A stretch of DNA of 56,821 bases, filler included, from Bipalium vagum (taxonomy: Eukaryota), in assembly GCA_037834085.1 (NCBI GenBank). It is 3 parts of 3 records of this genome, joined end to end, with 100 filler letters (N's around TTAATTAATTAA, not from the genome) between each part and the next. Parts side by side here need not be neighbours in the genome. Positions count along the whole stretch, not along the records: positions 1 to 16,479 come from JBBMKC010109398.1; positions 16,580 to 36,954 come from JBBMKC010254474.1; 1 more part is not named here. One strand, written 5' to 3'. Made by a program: the position numbers and the translations under genes. This document shows positions 12,552 through 25,400 of this stretch, in pieces (the first letter of the stretch is position 1; every line of letters starts with the position of its first letter). The notes beneath the pieces are model-generated. The model made no database searches and was not told the origin of the DNA. It worked only from the letters and a program-made list of their open reading frames with translations.

Positions 12552-13508
12552 ATGTCCAAGGAATTTCTAAAGTTTTGTAATGAGATATATACAATTTCCA
12601 ATAAATTAAATTGCTTGGTAGGATCGCATATTAACATTAATATCAATTTTGACAACAAACTTAAAGAGATTAGTTCTCTGATTGCTGATAATAAAGATGA
12701 AGTTAATTTGAAAGTGCTCATTCAACAATTATCAGAATTACATAGTTTACTGGATACGAAATTGAAACACACAGAAGAAGTCAACTTAATGTGTTATAAA
12801 CAAAGCAAGTATCTCTCTGAATTGAACAGCGATACATTGGAAACCACAAATATTTCTCAAAATTTGTCTGATACGTACTCCGAAATTGACAATTCCAATT
12901 GTGATATGTCACAATCTAAAGTAAAGTCTAATGATTTTGTTTTCGGAGGACCTAAAATGTCAATGATCATGAATCGCAATGATAATTTTATCACACCGAA
13001 AAAGTTACCACCAGTTAGTAGATATCTAGATGATTCAGTCCACAATTCTCCGTTTAAAACTGAATGCGGCAGTGGCCCGTTGCTCCGTAAAAAGTTGAAT
13101 TTTAACATCAAACCCAATAAGCACAAAACGAAAAAGTTTGTTCCTTTTAAGAAGCAGGGCATTTTTAAAATGAAAAACGAGGAGTGTGCCAATATGTCTA
13201 AGAGGTCCAGCAACATGCGCCTCGCTGCTTCAAGTGACTCAAAGTATTCAAGTTATAACAAAAAACGAAAGCGGTTGTCACTGTCGCAGAATGGCTTAAT
13301 TTATTCGAAGAACACTCGTAATCAACTGAACAAGTCATGGGATCACGAGGATACCAGGGTCTATTGCATCTGTAACAAACCGTCATACGGGGATATGATC
13401 GCCTGTGACAGCGAAAAATGCAAAATCGAATGGTTCCACTACAAATGCGTGGATATCACTACAAGTCCCAAGGGTGACTGGTTCTGTCCGATGTGTAAAA
13501 TTGATTAG
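12552..13508 (+). CDS. Inhibitor of growth (ING) family protein with C-terminal PHD finger
   Basis: C-terminal YCICNKPSYGDMIACDSEKCKIEWFHYKCVDITTSPKGDWFCPMC matches the ING PHD signature. Helical/coiled N-terminus and basic NLS (KKRKR). Paralog (ING1-5) not assignable by eye. Confidence 0.92.
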   Translation: MSKEFLKFCNEIYTISNKLNCLVGSHINININFDNKLKEISSLIADNKDEVNLKVLIQQLSELHSLLDTKLKHTEEVNLMCYKQSKYLSELNSDTLETTNISQNLSDTYSEIDNSNCDMSQSKVKSNDFVFGGPKMSMIMNRNDNFITPKKLPPVSRYLDDSVHNSPFKTECGSGPLLRKKLNFNIKPNKHKTKKFVPFKKQGIFKMKNEECANMSKRSSNMRLAASSDSKYSSYNKKRKRLSLSQNGLIYSKNTRNQLNKSWDHEDTRVYCICNKPSYGDMIACDSEKCKIEWFHYKCVDITTSPKGDWFCPMCKID

Positions 13509-14807
13509 CTCCTCAATTACTGACTCCAAAGAAAATAGTCATTTTATATCAACTTTGACACTCTGGATTATGACTTTTCCAAGTTTACAATCCTCAAAAT
13601 CATCACCAGCTTCAACTGTAATGAATCAGATTCTCTCAGATTTGTAAAATAGTCCGATTGTGCTTCGAAATTTTCCATAGCAACCGTTGATGTTGCTGAT
13701 GTTTTCACAGTGGCGCCAGTGGATGTTCCATTTCCAATTTACGGTTTATGTAAATTTCATTTGTGAATCTTGGTATTAGTTGTTCCGCTTTGTGTAATTT
13801 GTGATGGGTTTTATTTCTTGTACAATATTTATGAGAATGAATTTGCGGTTAAATTAAATAAATATAATTCCTTCATTTTCATTTTTATTGACCTTTAATT
13901 AAATTATTTTCATATTGAATTAATAATTTCAATTAATAATTATTAGCAAGCTAATTATGTACGGAAACGAGAAACTGGTTCTTTAAAAGGTGAAATATTC
14001 AAAATAATTTTTTTCTCTAATGTATTGAATTGAAGTTTTTTTTCTCATGATCTCGTCTTTATTAGGAACAAATTTAAACTAGTCCTTTGTTACTATCTTT
14101 TTGGTCCAACATGGATATGCATAGATGGTTTTAATACACTAACGTAACTTGTTTTGTAGTAGGAGAGAAGTATTGCAGAATTATGTTTTTTGACTATTAT
14201 TCTATCACGTAGTTGAACTTGTGACTATTTTATTATAGAACACTGAACTACATTTATGTTGACTCTCGTCTAAGTTGTTTTTCATTTCAAAATTTTCCTT
14301 TATAAATTCAAATATTTCCCTTTGAATTGTCTAAGTTTTCTCTAAATTTTCATTTATATTTTTATTATTATTAGAACTCATCAGAACTGTTGGGTACTAT
14401 GAAATCTAAAAAAAGAGTGATACCTTTTGAAATGAGTCCCTGACAGTTTTTACTTCAATAAAACTACAGATTTTCTTCCAAAAACCCGAATGCTTCAGCT
14501 TAGCTCTCGACTTGCTCCAAAATAATTTTTCTAATAAAATAAAAATCTGTCAATTTTAAAAATGAATGGGGTAATTTATGAGATTCAATTACAAGACTCT
14601 TATTATTCTAACTTACTTTACATGTATCGAGGGCAAGATGTAAGATAAAACTGATTAAAAGAGATCAAACCACTCTAACGGTTTTTCATATAGTTACTAT
14701 AGACCATATTTTTAATGAGAAATTGCTGAGAACTCCTATTTAATGGAGTATCAAAGCAGTATGAGCATGTAGTTTAAGAACTTTGATTTTACATCTATTA
14801 ATAAATA

Positions 14808-15663
14808 TGTTAAGTTCCTAATCTTAAAAGAGTGGAGATAAAAATTATTATTATTATTATGACTTAACGGCGAAGGTTGCTCAACAATGATCGAATAAAT
14901 TCAAATTCAAATTTTCAAAAATTATATTTTTATCAAAAATATGGATTTTAAAGGCTCGTGATGATCGTCCTTGATGGATAATTTATTTTAAGGCTTTTTA
15001 TTTTGGGTTTAGAAAAATCCTCTTGCTCTTAGGCTCAGAGTTCTTCAATGAAGAAAAACAATTTAAATCACAGTCCAACTTAGCGTGAGTTAAGAACAAA
15101 AATGAAAACGGAAAAAGGAAGAGAAATTAAAAGATTATTTGATCCTTAGTATTATTTAAAGATAACTTTTGCTTTGTCTACAAAGAAAGATTATCTGCAA
15201 GAGTTTATTTATTTAAAACTTTGTTTTATTAATAAAACAAGTAATATTGTTAAAGAGCAATTTAATAAAATTGAGTTAAATGTTGAGTTAAACTTTATCT
15301 TGATTACAAGGTAAGTTCCTTTATTTATTTAATAAAAAATTTATTTACCTATTGGCATAAATGTTTGAGTGATATGATCTCAGAAATGGTAAATTTTGTC
15401 TTACTTTGAATAAACTTGAATTGAACAACTTTTGATTTTGACTTTCAATAAATAGGGATTGAATTCCAAATAAATCTTTGTGGTATTTTTGCTAAATAGG
15501 TATTTCTCAATATTCCCTTTTATATTACTGATCGTAGCCTTTCTTTGAAATATTTGAAATATATATAATTTCGTCTGATCGACACTATCGTATTTGATAA
15601 GATTTATTAATGGATAAAATTTTTTTTTTGTGTTTCCTCTTGACTTCATCCTGGTTCTTGACA
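14808..15663 (-). mobile_element. Solo-LTR-like copy related to the TGTTAAG LTR family (right end tentative)
   Basis: Starts TGTTAAGTTCCTAA like 2720/4117. 14860-15090 is homologous in reverse complement to 32990-33230. Candidate other end CTTGACA at 15663, but the flanks (AATA/CTAT) are not a TSD. Confidence 0.6.
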
Positions 15664-15696
15664 CTATAGGGTTTGATCATTTTGATAATATTTATA

Positions 15697-16137
15697 CGTG
15701 GTTCGTTCAATAATGCCTCGGTCTGACTAAGAAAAAACATGATAAACCAGTCAAGCCAATTGGCTTGAACACCTACACGTATGTTTGTTTATATGCATAA
15801 ATTAAATAATCTGATTGGCTGACGTATAATTCATAAACTAACTCACATTTCATTTTTTGTCAAATGGATGAGGTGGAATACAGAAGTATCATTTTGAGAC
15901 ATCAGATGCATTCCAGCAATTTGTTGAACAGTAGTTTGCAGAGCTTCCTGGACATTTTTATGCTGATGCATTTAAAGATTTGGTGATTAGATGGAATAAG
16001 CTAGTTGCTGCCAATATAGAAAAATAATGATATATGTTTTTCGAACTAGTACTTCATGTAGTTCAATAAAAGATGTTTCAGTTTTTTGTGTTGTGTTTTT
16101 TTCTTAGTTAGTCTGAGGCATTATTGAACAAACCACG
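15697..16137 (+). mobile_element. Non-autonomous internally deleted mariner (MITE-like, 441 bp)
   Basis: About 43-bp TIRs CGTGGTTCGTTCAATAATGCCTCGGTCTGACTAAGAAAAAA and near-perfect reverse complement, TA on both flanks. Interior retains MDEVEYRSII start and FYADAFKDLVIRWNK C-terminal remnant. Confidence 0.9.
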
Positions 16138-16322
16138 TATTTGTCACCCTTTCACCAATGTCGAGAGACTTTTATAATATTTTTATTAATATTAAAGTTA
16201 TTAATAATTATTATTTACTAATTATATTTTTATGTTAACTCTTATTTTTAGTAATTTATTTTAGCATATTTTCTTTTTTTTGAAACTGGGACTTTCCCAT
16301 ATATATTTTATTTAAACTTATT

Positions 16323-16479
16323 TGTTGGGTTTACCAAGACACCCCCCGGGAAAAAATAAATAATAAAAATGATAAATAATGCATAAATACTAATAATAAT
16401 AATATTATTATTAATAATATTAATAATTAAAAATTAATTAATACTTGAAAATCATTGAGAATTTCCCAGGAATTTTATT
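16323..16479 (+). repeat. 5' end of a TGTTGGG-type LTR/repeat running into an assembly gap
   Basis: TGTTGGGTTTACCAAGACACCCCCCGGG followed by an AAT-rich tract, the same architecture as the solo LTR starts at 33859 and 21917. Confidence 0.55.
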
Positions 16480-16579
16480 NNNNNNNNNNNNNNNNNNNNN
16501 NNNNNNNNNNNNNNNNNNNNNNNTTAATTAATTAANNNNNNNNNNNNNNNNNNNNNNNNNNNNNNNNNNNNNNNNNNNN
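16480..16579. other. Artificial scaffold join (N44-TTAATTAATTAA-N44)
   Basis: Exactly 100 nt; the central 12-mer has stop codons in all six frames; identical construct at 36955-37054. Confidence 0.95.
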
Positions 16580-16800
16580 ATATTATAAACATTCATTTAA
16601 ATTCCAAGAAATGCTTTATATTATCTAAAAAAAATTTTAAAAAATCATTTATATTTCCAATTTCAGATCAATTTTAAATTGATAAGTCTTTTAGTGGCCA
16701 CTCTGTATTATTATTATTATTATTATTAATATTTATACCTTATTTATAGTTTTTTTTATTATATATTTTTCCCCCGGGTGGTGTCTTGGTAAACCCAACA
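16580..16800 (-). repeat. Second, inverted 5' end of the same TGTTGGG-type repeat running into the gap
   Basis: Reverse complement reads TGTTGGGTTTACCAAGACACCACCCGGGGG, then an AAT-rich tract. Confidence 0.55.
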
Positions 16801-18764
16801 AAGTTATTACTGTCTTGGCTCTTGAACTCTCCGCCGTGGGCCTGTGACTTGGATTACTGCTGATTTGTACTGAGCCTTCACTTGAATGGTGTGGGTTGGA
16901 TATTATATCTTCGTATTTTTGTTCAACTGGAACTTGGTTTTTAGCTTTTAGCTTGGAGGTTGTGGTTTTGTTATTGACCTGATATCCGTAGGTTTTTGAT
17001 ATTCTGAAGTTTTCAAACTTGTTAATAATTTTTGGGTGTTGCAGATTGCTGTCGTAACGTCTGAATTTAATTCTCTCCTTTTTCTTCTTTTCTGACTGCT
17101 TATGGTTTTCATTCCTTTTTATATTATAATTTCTATCTTATTTTGTAAAAATAACACCTTCCTATTTCTTATTATAATTTTCTTGTCTATTCCCACTACT
17201 AATTTTATTATTCTTTCAATTCTTATTATAAAAACTTTCCTTATTATTTATTTTTAGTAATATTTTGTTGTTTTATTATAAATTTCCTTTATTTTCAAAT
17301 TTTTTGACTAATATTTCATATGTTTTTAATTAATTCATCATTTCATTCAATTTTGTATGCATAATAATAATTTACATACTACTCAGTACTGATAACTTAC
17401 ATATTATTCATGAATTATTAAAAATGATCATTTTCATACTATTATAATTTATTATTTATATATTATTTATTAATTATCATTTTATTATTTATGTTTCAAT
17501 CAAGGACGATTTACATATCGAATACATATACTTTTAAAACTTATTATAATACACATAAAATTCAGATCAAAATATTATTGTTATTTGATCGTATATACAA
17601 CACAATTGGATCATAAACACAATTAAAATTCAGATTCAGAAGGATTACAGTATTATATTTGGATCAATATTTCAGTTAGTTTGTGGTTGTTGGACAATTG
17701 GGATTGCTATTTTTTCTGTTGATCTTGATCTTGGAGTCTCCACAATAATAAATAAAAGTAATAATCAATAATCAATAAAAAATATTTTAAAAATAAGGTT
17801 ATAATAATTTTATTCGATATTAGTAGTGATAAGTGACCAAACATAATTAAAATAAAACCTAAGGAATAAAAATCCAAATGTTTCAATTTTTTCAAATGTA
17901 CAATTTTTAGAAATTTTTAAAACAATAACAAATAAAAAACCATTAATAAATCATTTAAAATCCAAAAATCTTTTTAAAATATAAAATGAAATAATAGTTG
18001 TAAAATTTTAATTGTGAACTTTGTAACAGGAATTAAAACTCAAACAGATTTATCACATTTAAGATCTAGGAAACATTATGAAAAAAAATTTAATATATTT
18101 AATAAATTACCAATTAATTCTGCAAAATATTCTAATAAAAGCAAAACACTTGAAGAAAATTTATTAAGTTTTAAAAATAAATATAATCAGAAAATTAATC
18201 TTTTTAAGTCTAAAATTTTAGTAATTAAAAAATTTTACAAGATAAATTTTTTCTATTACCCAGATGAAATAGAAAAAAAAATTTTTTTTTGAAATAAATA
18301 AAAAATTTAAAAATCAAATAATATTGTTTTTAAATATAAAAGAAATTATAAATGTGATAATTTTACATTTTTTCACAACCAACGGAAATTATAAAGAAAA
18401 ATTAAATCAAACAAAGTATAAGTTTAATATTTTTAAAGTAAAATAAATATATAGCAGAAAAAGAATTTACAGGATTTGGATAGAATTTTAAATATATAAC
18501 TATTCAAAACTAGAAAAAATTTTAGGATGTTAAGTTTTGTTTTTATACTTTATAGTATGAAAAGAATATGAATCCAAATCCTGGATTCTGTATCTTGCAG
18601 GAAAATGTGAATTTTGGTGTATGTATGTGTGTGCTTCTGGCTGTGTGAATATTAAAATTATTTTTTATTGGTTTATCGATTTATACTTAATTAATTTTTT
18701 TAAAATAATTCTCATGAATTAATTAATTTTTTTCTTAATTTTTGTTTTTAATGTTAATTTCTTA

Positions 18765-19080
18765 TTCATCTTCGATGATACTTAACTTTTTGGGAAAACA
18801 TATCTTATCCGCTCTAATAGTATTTGGACCATCTAAACGAATCGGATTATTTTTGAAATATTGTTTATCCCCTTTTTTTAGGATTTTAATCGCCTTGTTC
18901 TCAATATATATGGAGCCATTTAAAGAAAGAAAGCTCGAAATCTAGATAATGTCTTCATCTTCTGATCTGAATGGTTCTCTGAATGCCTTGCATTCTGATT
19001 ATGCATTTTCGTACATATCTATTGTACAATTTAATTTTTTACCAGTTGAAATGGTTGTTACCTAAGTTGAAATTTTCATC
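18765..19080 (-). mobile_element. Merlin (ISXO2/IS1016-like) transposase N-terminal remnant
   Basis: Minus strand YFKNNPIRLDGPNTIRADK...(fs)QKVKYHRR resembles the Merlin motif LGGPxxxVxIDESxFxxKxKYxRGR. Confidence 0.55.
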
Positions 19081-19239
19081 ACGATTAACTAAATTCCCTC
19101 CTTGAAAATATGTAATTATTCTCATTGGTGAAACTTCACATTGAAAGATCTTTTTAATTAACATTTTGAAGTAAAGAATTACTTATATCAATTTGAAACA
19201 GAAAGTTATATTAGACTTTATATATTAGACAAACTATAA

Positions 19240-20075
19240 ATGGCTTCATCTAAGGTACAATTTTATATATTATACAAATGCGTTAAGACTGGGTCTGGAA
19301 GAAGGAATTCGGAAGATTGTGCTGAGAAACGACAACGAGTTGTCGAAGCCATTCGCAAGCGGCGATCCAGTAATATTGTTTGTTTGTCTGAGGAGATGAA
19401 TATTACTTCAACGAGTGTTTTCAGAATAATCAAGGCAGAAGGAATGAAACTTGTCCCCCCGAAGAACCTGTCCTCTCTTAAATGATAATCAGAAAATGAA
19501 GAGACTAAAAGGGTGTAGACAAAATCGCTGCAATAAATGGAATGCCTCTGTCAACAAAAATGAAAATTGGTTTGAATTGTATCAATTCTGTCGAGAACGA
19601 TATCATGAAAACAGTCCGAGGAAAAAGCAGCCATTATTTAGTAAAGTTAATCCACCAAGAATTAAATTACTGTCAGCTATTGCTAAACCTGATATCGCAA
19701 ATGGGTTTAATGGGTTGATAGGAATCTTGAGAATAGAAAAGGATGTGTAGGCCCAGCGTTCTTCCAAAAACATAACAAAGGTGATAAATACAAAGTTGAT
19801 TGAACAATGACAGCCGATAATTTTTACAATTTGATGATTTCTGAAATTATGCCACCAATCTCATGAAAAAATGCAGTTTTGTCCGAATGTTACTATCCAA
19901 ATGGATAATGCCCGCTCTCGTATGGAAAATAAAATTGTTGAAAATTCCAATGACTTCGGAGGAAATATTGTTCCATGTATTACCGTCATAAATACCCGGC
20001 GCAGTTTACAGATTTAAAAGTCAACGATATTGGCTTCTGCACTTCCCTCAATAAGCGGTGTCATAGAAAAACATA
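19240..20075 (+). mobile_element. Degenerate Tc1/mariner transposase with DD39D-like motifs
   Basis: HTH-like GSGRR...TSVFRIIK; then ADNFYNLMISEIMPPI, VTIQMDNARS and (fs) PAQFTDLKVNDIGFC, resembling QQDNAxxH...QPPNSPDLNVLDLGFF. Confidence 0.65.
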
Positions 20076-20899
20076 GAAAATGGTATGTGAACTTCCTATA
20101 CATGATTCTCGTGTATATAAGGGAATAAATGTTTTGGATTTGTGCCAAACCTGGAACAAAGTCTCAAAAGGAAGCTGGAAATTAGAGAAAAGTTGCTGGA
20201 ATATATACTGTTGGAAGAGATCTGGAAGAAGCAATCATTTTAGTCTATTCATTCATGAATTTCATCTTTTCGAAGGGGTTGAAGGTGAGAATAAACTGTC
20301 GTAATTGTCTTCTATATTTTATCGCAGGAAGATACGGAATAGTGGTGGATCATTGCCTTCTGATTTCTGATCAATGAGCTGATTTGAATTCTAGGGGATT
20401 CCCTTAATCACATGATAAGATTCAATGTAATCGAATCTCATCAAGAGCAATGATAAAAGGACAAGTTTAATGGTATTTTCAGGGTTATCTGGACTACTGG
20501 AAGTTTTACCAGGGAACTGGGTTTAGGTTCAAATGAGATATAGAGTTACTCTTATGTTGATGATCCCATATGGTTGATCACCATTGGAAGAATACTCTAT
20601 TGTTCTCATTGATTGCATCCCTGTGTTATTCTGGTCCTGATAAGTTCGTGAAAGAAAAAATTACGAAATCATAAAAGTAAAACAATCAAAGATATGAAGA
20701 TACTAGAATTAAATCAAATTAGAGAAAACAAATTTTATGTTTTGTATTAATGTCAGTTTAGATAAAACGTAAATAAAAATAATTTGAAGAAATATTAAAG
20801 TGCTAATTTATTCATATCGTTGCCATTCAAACACAAATTCGATATATATATTATAATTTATATTAAGATTAAATTTATTATTATTTTAAATAAATGTTT

Positions 20900-22360
20900 A
20901 TGAAGATATATATAGAAAAATATTCAGAAATATATATAGAAAAAATATTCGACTGTTTCTAATTGAATTGATCGGAATTTAGTCAGCCAAAAATATAAGC
21001 TGGATAGTTGCTATTAAAATGACAGGTTTCATTGTTTTGTCATCTGTTTATTTGTTACTATTATACTAAAATGTAGCAACGTGTGCTCGTCTGCTCGTGA
21101 CACTTTGTGTAACTCATTGTGTTCGAAATCCCTCTCAACTCATTTGAATGTAAAACACCCTCCACTATACAGTATCCGCTCCCTTTAATAACCAATTCCA
21201 GATATTTAAAATAAAACTTTATTTATACTAACAATTACAAATATTAAATCGATCACAAAAGAAATGTTATTATGGATGAACTGAAATCCCACTACTACTG
21301 AATCTAAATTTAATAATGATAATAATTTAATACTAAAATTGAAGGAAAAAAAACGAAAAATAAAAATAATCAAAACCGATCTCACCAAGAGCGACAAGGG
21401 GTCCTCGGGTCACCCTCTAGACCCTTCTCAGGTCGCCTAGGGGTTCCCAAGCTTGCTGGGTCCCCTTGTAAAAAGAATCCGACTGCATAATTTGGAAATG
21501 AATAAAAGATTTACTGTGGTCGTCCTCTTAATTCCTCCAACAGCGTCTTCTGGAATTTTTGAATGTTTCCTCTGAAATTTTTCCGACAGAACTCTGAAAA
21601 TTTGGGCGACTTAACGGGAATAGCTGTCTCCTTTTATAGGCGTCGGGATTGGTCTACGATCACCAATCCCTACTCGGAGACAACTATAGCTTCTCACTAT
21701 CTCCACGCCGAGATAGTCTCCTGATCCCATGAAAAATAATCCCTACAACGGGATTTCCCGATCACCAATCAACAAGAATGATCCCATGAAAAAATAATCC
21801 CCACGGCGGGATTTCCCTTTACTAATTAATCAGAAAAAAATTCCCCCTTTTTTTGAAAAAAAATTTTTTTTTGTATTATTATTATTATTCAAAATTATTA
21901 TTTTTCAAATCCCAACATATTTATTAAATAAAATTTACAAGCATTTTATGTTTCCAAATCAGAGATGAAAATAGTTTTATGGACTTCATTAGTGAAGAAC
22001 TATACAATCATTTCGATCAAAATTCTGGGGATGTATTGGTGATGGACAATTGCAGGTTTCATCACCGCAAAGATTTTATTAAGTTGCTGACAGAACGGGG
22101 TATTGCTTACAGATTTCTGCCACCATTCTTTATGAAAACCATTATAGATCGGGACGATTTATAATAATTGATTGCCAAAGTACTCCTTCATGACGATATC
22201 GATTTATTTGATTATTTACGCAACATGAGGCCTTGGCGAGACAAAAATTTACTTTAGTATTTAGTGTACATTTTCACTATATATTTCTGAATATTTTTCT
22301 TTATATATTAATAATTCTCTTTATATTTTGAATATTTTTATATATTTCTGAATAACCCTG
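20900..22360 (+). mobile_element. Deleted Tc1/IS630-like (DDE_3) element interrupted by a solo LTR
   Basis: NISWIVAIKMTGFI left of the LTR and VLVMDNCRFHH...YRFLPP right of it. Inverted subterminal repeats AAAAATATTCAGAAATATATA at ~20915 and ~22280. Right TIR ...TCTGAATAACCCTG-TA. Left boundary approximate. Confidence 0.7.
21053..21917 (-). mobile_element. Solo LTR (865 bp), TGTTGGG...ATAGTAACA family, 4-bp TSD TATT
   Basis: TG...CA ends, TATT at 21049-21052 and 21918-21921, TATA box CCTATAAAAGGAGACAGCTATTCCC, AATAAA. Homologous to 33859-34807. Confidence 0.9.
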
Positions 22361-22461
22361 TAATAAAGTTTGTTTCAAAGATTGTTTTAATAATTAAATA
22401 ATTAAGCTGAAATAAGAATATTTTTAAATAGTTAAAAATTTTTTAATTTCTAAAATCTTAT

Positions 22462-25400
22462 ATGGCTAAATGTTTGCAGCAAGATAGAGATTTTTCAATT
22501 TTAGAAGGTAAATTAATTAGGTGCTGGAAAAGCGACCATGCAGTATGTTTGATTTAAAATAATAGGCATGTAATATTTTCTAAAATTTAAGATTTATGAA
22601 ATTCAAATAAAATCCAAAGATAATATGATTTGGACGCTATCCAGGCGATACAGAGAATTTTTACAATTACATGAAGATGTATTTCATTTTTATAGTTTAT
22701 TAGCATTTCATCCAATTTAGATGTGTAAAATAGATGATGCAGTTAAAAAAATTTATTTTCCCCCGAAAAAGCCTTTTAATAATCTTTCATCCAAATTTCT
22801 GTGCAAGCGATTAAAGGAATTGGAAGTATATCTAAATAATTTACTACAGAAATATCTTTATCCTCCAGAACCTCTTGCACATTTTATTGATTGGAATATT
22901 TATGTAAGTCATCAAATTAGTTAAAGTAAAATTTATATTCTGAAATTTATTTTAAGGAAGTTCATGGAATCACTAATTTATTGGCAAAGAATTTCTTTGA
23001 AAATGGTAAGGATTTTGCAATTATTCCTATTTTTCATTTTGTCTTTATCCAGGAGATATGATTTTGAAAATGGGATTTCAATTTGAATTTAATGTATTGC
23101 AGATTTTTTCCATCAATCAACGTCTGAACTCTCAATCCCCTCCATTATGTAAGCTTTGACACTTGTTCGATTCATTTTTTATCATCTGAAAATGGTTTTC
23201 ATATGGATTCTTAAGACAATATTAAGATAAAAATTTTGTAGCAGTCTACGGTTGGAAATATATGAATTTGTATCCATTCTTCATCATCCATGTATTCATT
23301 ATATCAATTGCTCTCAACCTTTTTACTAAAGACTCCAAAAATATTTCATTTTCACTTATAAATTCGCGGCTCCTTGGAATTTTTGAGGTGAAATTTCATG
23401 TATTTTAAGGTTACTTTTGTGATCATTTTGGTTACTAATTTTTGACATTACTGGTGCTTTCAATCACAAATAACACTAATTTCCCGTTCATATTTGTAAA
23501 AGACAGTCTTTAGAAATTCTATATTATAACTACCTTTGGTCGAACTTAGCATTTATTGGAGAAAGAGAAGAAGCGGAAAGTAATATGCTTCTATTAATTT
23601 CTGACACCTCATGGCGGCAGAGGACAGAAACATCAGAATAGTGCCACCTGTATAGGTGAAGGAGGCATATTGATTTGGTTATTAACATAAAGTGAAGATC
23701 GGTGTTATTCTAGAGAATAACAGCTCTAACCATATAAAGTTAAAATGGTACGCATATACAATACTGTCTGAGAATTGAAAAATTGTAACACTAATTAAAA
23801 TACACATGATACCTTGATTTGCCACTCTCGCTACTCCAAACGAGATCATTTTAAGACTACAATTTTTGATATTATATATAGATATAGATTTTTTTATTGT
23901 ATATTGGTTTGAATAAACATTAATTATTTTGGTAAATTAAAAAAATGTTACCTTGAGTACCCTTGTTTGGTTATAATAAAAATAAATTTAACCATTACTG
24001 ATACTGTCATCTGTACAGTGCTTATAACTTAAAGTGCTATTCACCAGTGACTTAATTTGTTAAGATGGTATTATTTCTATTATGTCATCATTGATTGTTA
24101 TTGATCAGATTATTTAATTACCCCGAGTAAAAATTCTTTTGAATTTTTGTTATTTGTATCAGCCTATATATATTGTTTTTTTTCAATGACAGAAACTTAT
24201 ACTTTATGGAATTTATATATTATTTATTACTCACAGATTGAAAATAATCAAGACATTTGTTAGTGTCATAAAAGAGAGAGTATTGACAAATTTAAATCTA
24301 CACACTTCTTTATCGAACACCATTGTTTATCAAGTGTATTTTGTCAGAACTAGATTCAATATCTTCAGTATTGTAATTTATTATGATAAGAATCGTGTAG
24401 TGTTTAACAGAGATATTTTAATTCCATATCTCAAAGCAGAACATTGTCTCAGAATGTTTGTTTGATCAAACGGACACACCTACTAATTCCGCCTTTATTA
24501 ATCTTTGTAATTCCTAAATAAATAACTTTAATCTCTTTAAATGGGTCTTACGATTACTATTTTGTTGCTATTGAACTCTGCAGTCATAAATCTCTTGAAC
24601 TAAGATCAAGGTGCATTCTAATGATCAACAAAATTTAGGACGATTGTAAGACAAATCAAAATATATAGATCCAAAATTTTTTAGGATTTATTTAAGAATG
24701 TTATGTTTGTTTTCATAAGATCGTCTCTAAATGCTGTAAAAATGATGTGATGTTGGAAAGTAAATTTAGGTTTTTGATCATTTCTTTACCTTCATTTTCA
24801 TTGATTTTTAAAGAGTGAAGTGATATTTAAATATCCTGGATACCTTATTCATACACTCTACGTGGTTTTATCTGATTGTCTTATCAGGTCCTCACAATTC
24901 CATCAATTTAATCACTATGTATTTTATTTAAAGTTTGATTTATAATTTTATCAACTTTCATATGTGAAATCCATTTTGATTTTGCCCTATTCTCTACTAG
25001 TGTCAGACAATAGTAATATGGATTTTGTTCATGTAATGGAATTTGTGGCCAAAATTCGAAATGTTAAGGTAGGTGACAACTTGACAAAGGTTCAGATGTA
25101 ATCTTTGTTTTCAGGTTACTGGTTCCACATCACCGTTTCATTCAAGCAATATTATTATGAATAAACTGGAATTCGATATGTCACGATTTAATTCCATAGA
25201 AAAGCTGGAAGTGTGTCTTATAACACAATTTCTTTCATTTCTATTGTACATTTTTTGAACAGTTATCAAATGTCGATTTGCGACATATGAAGGGATTCGA
25301 CAAGTTGAAAGAAACAGTTCAGATGTTGAAAATAAGTCACGCTCTTGACAGTGTCAAAAATGTGGCCTTGGGAGATCTTTTGTCATACGGTTATGGAGAT

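Noticed and set aside
12857-13647. Antisense and overlapping ORFs on ING (also those overlapping the TSP1 and secreted-protein genes)
   Set aside because: Shadow frames of real CDSs with no recognisable motifs.
2716-15667. CTAT flanking both 2720 and 15663, suggesting one 13-kb element enclosing the ING gene
   Set aside because: The LTR at 14808 is a different variant from the 2720/4117 pair, and a 4-nt match is easily chance.
16524-16535. TTAATTAATTAA palindrome between N runs (also 36999-37010)
   Set aside because: Assembly linker with six-frame stops, not biological.
16323-16800. Long inverted repeat looking like the TIRs of one transposon
   Set aside because: The two arms face an artificial scaffold join, the flanks (TATT/AAGT) are not a TSD, and each arm resembles the start of the TGTTGGG LTR family. 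Two contig ends broken at the same repeat is the simpler explanation.
16801-17360. A-rich minus-strand stretch resembling a decayed retroelement ORF1 (similar unexplained stretch at 20100-20650)
   Set aside because: Multiple stops and no diagnostic motif, so it cannot be assigned by eye.
21394-21469. 76-nt cloverleaf-like sequence as a tRNA or hammerhead ribozyme
   Set aside because: No GTTCRA T-loop or A/B boxes, arm geometry is not tRNA-like, and there is no CUGANGA/GAAA core. Reported instead as an unknown structured element.
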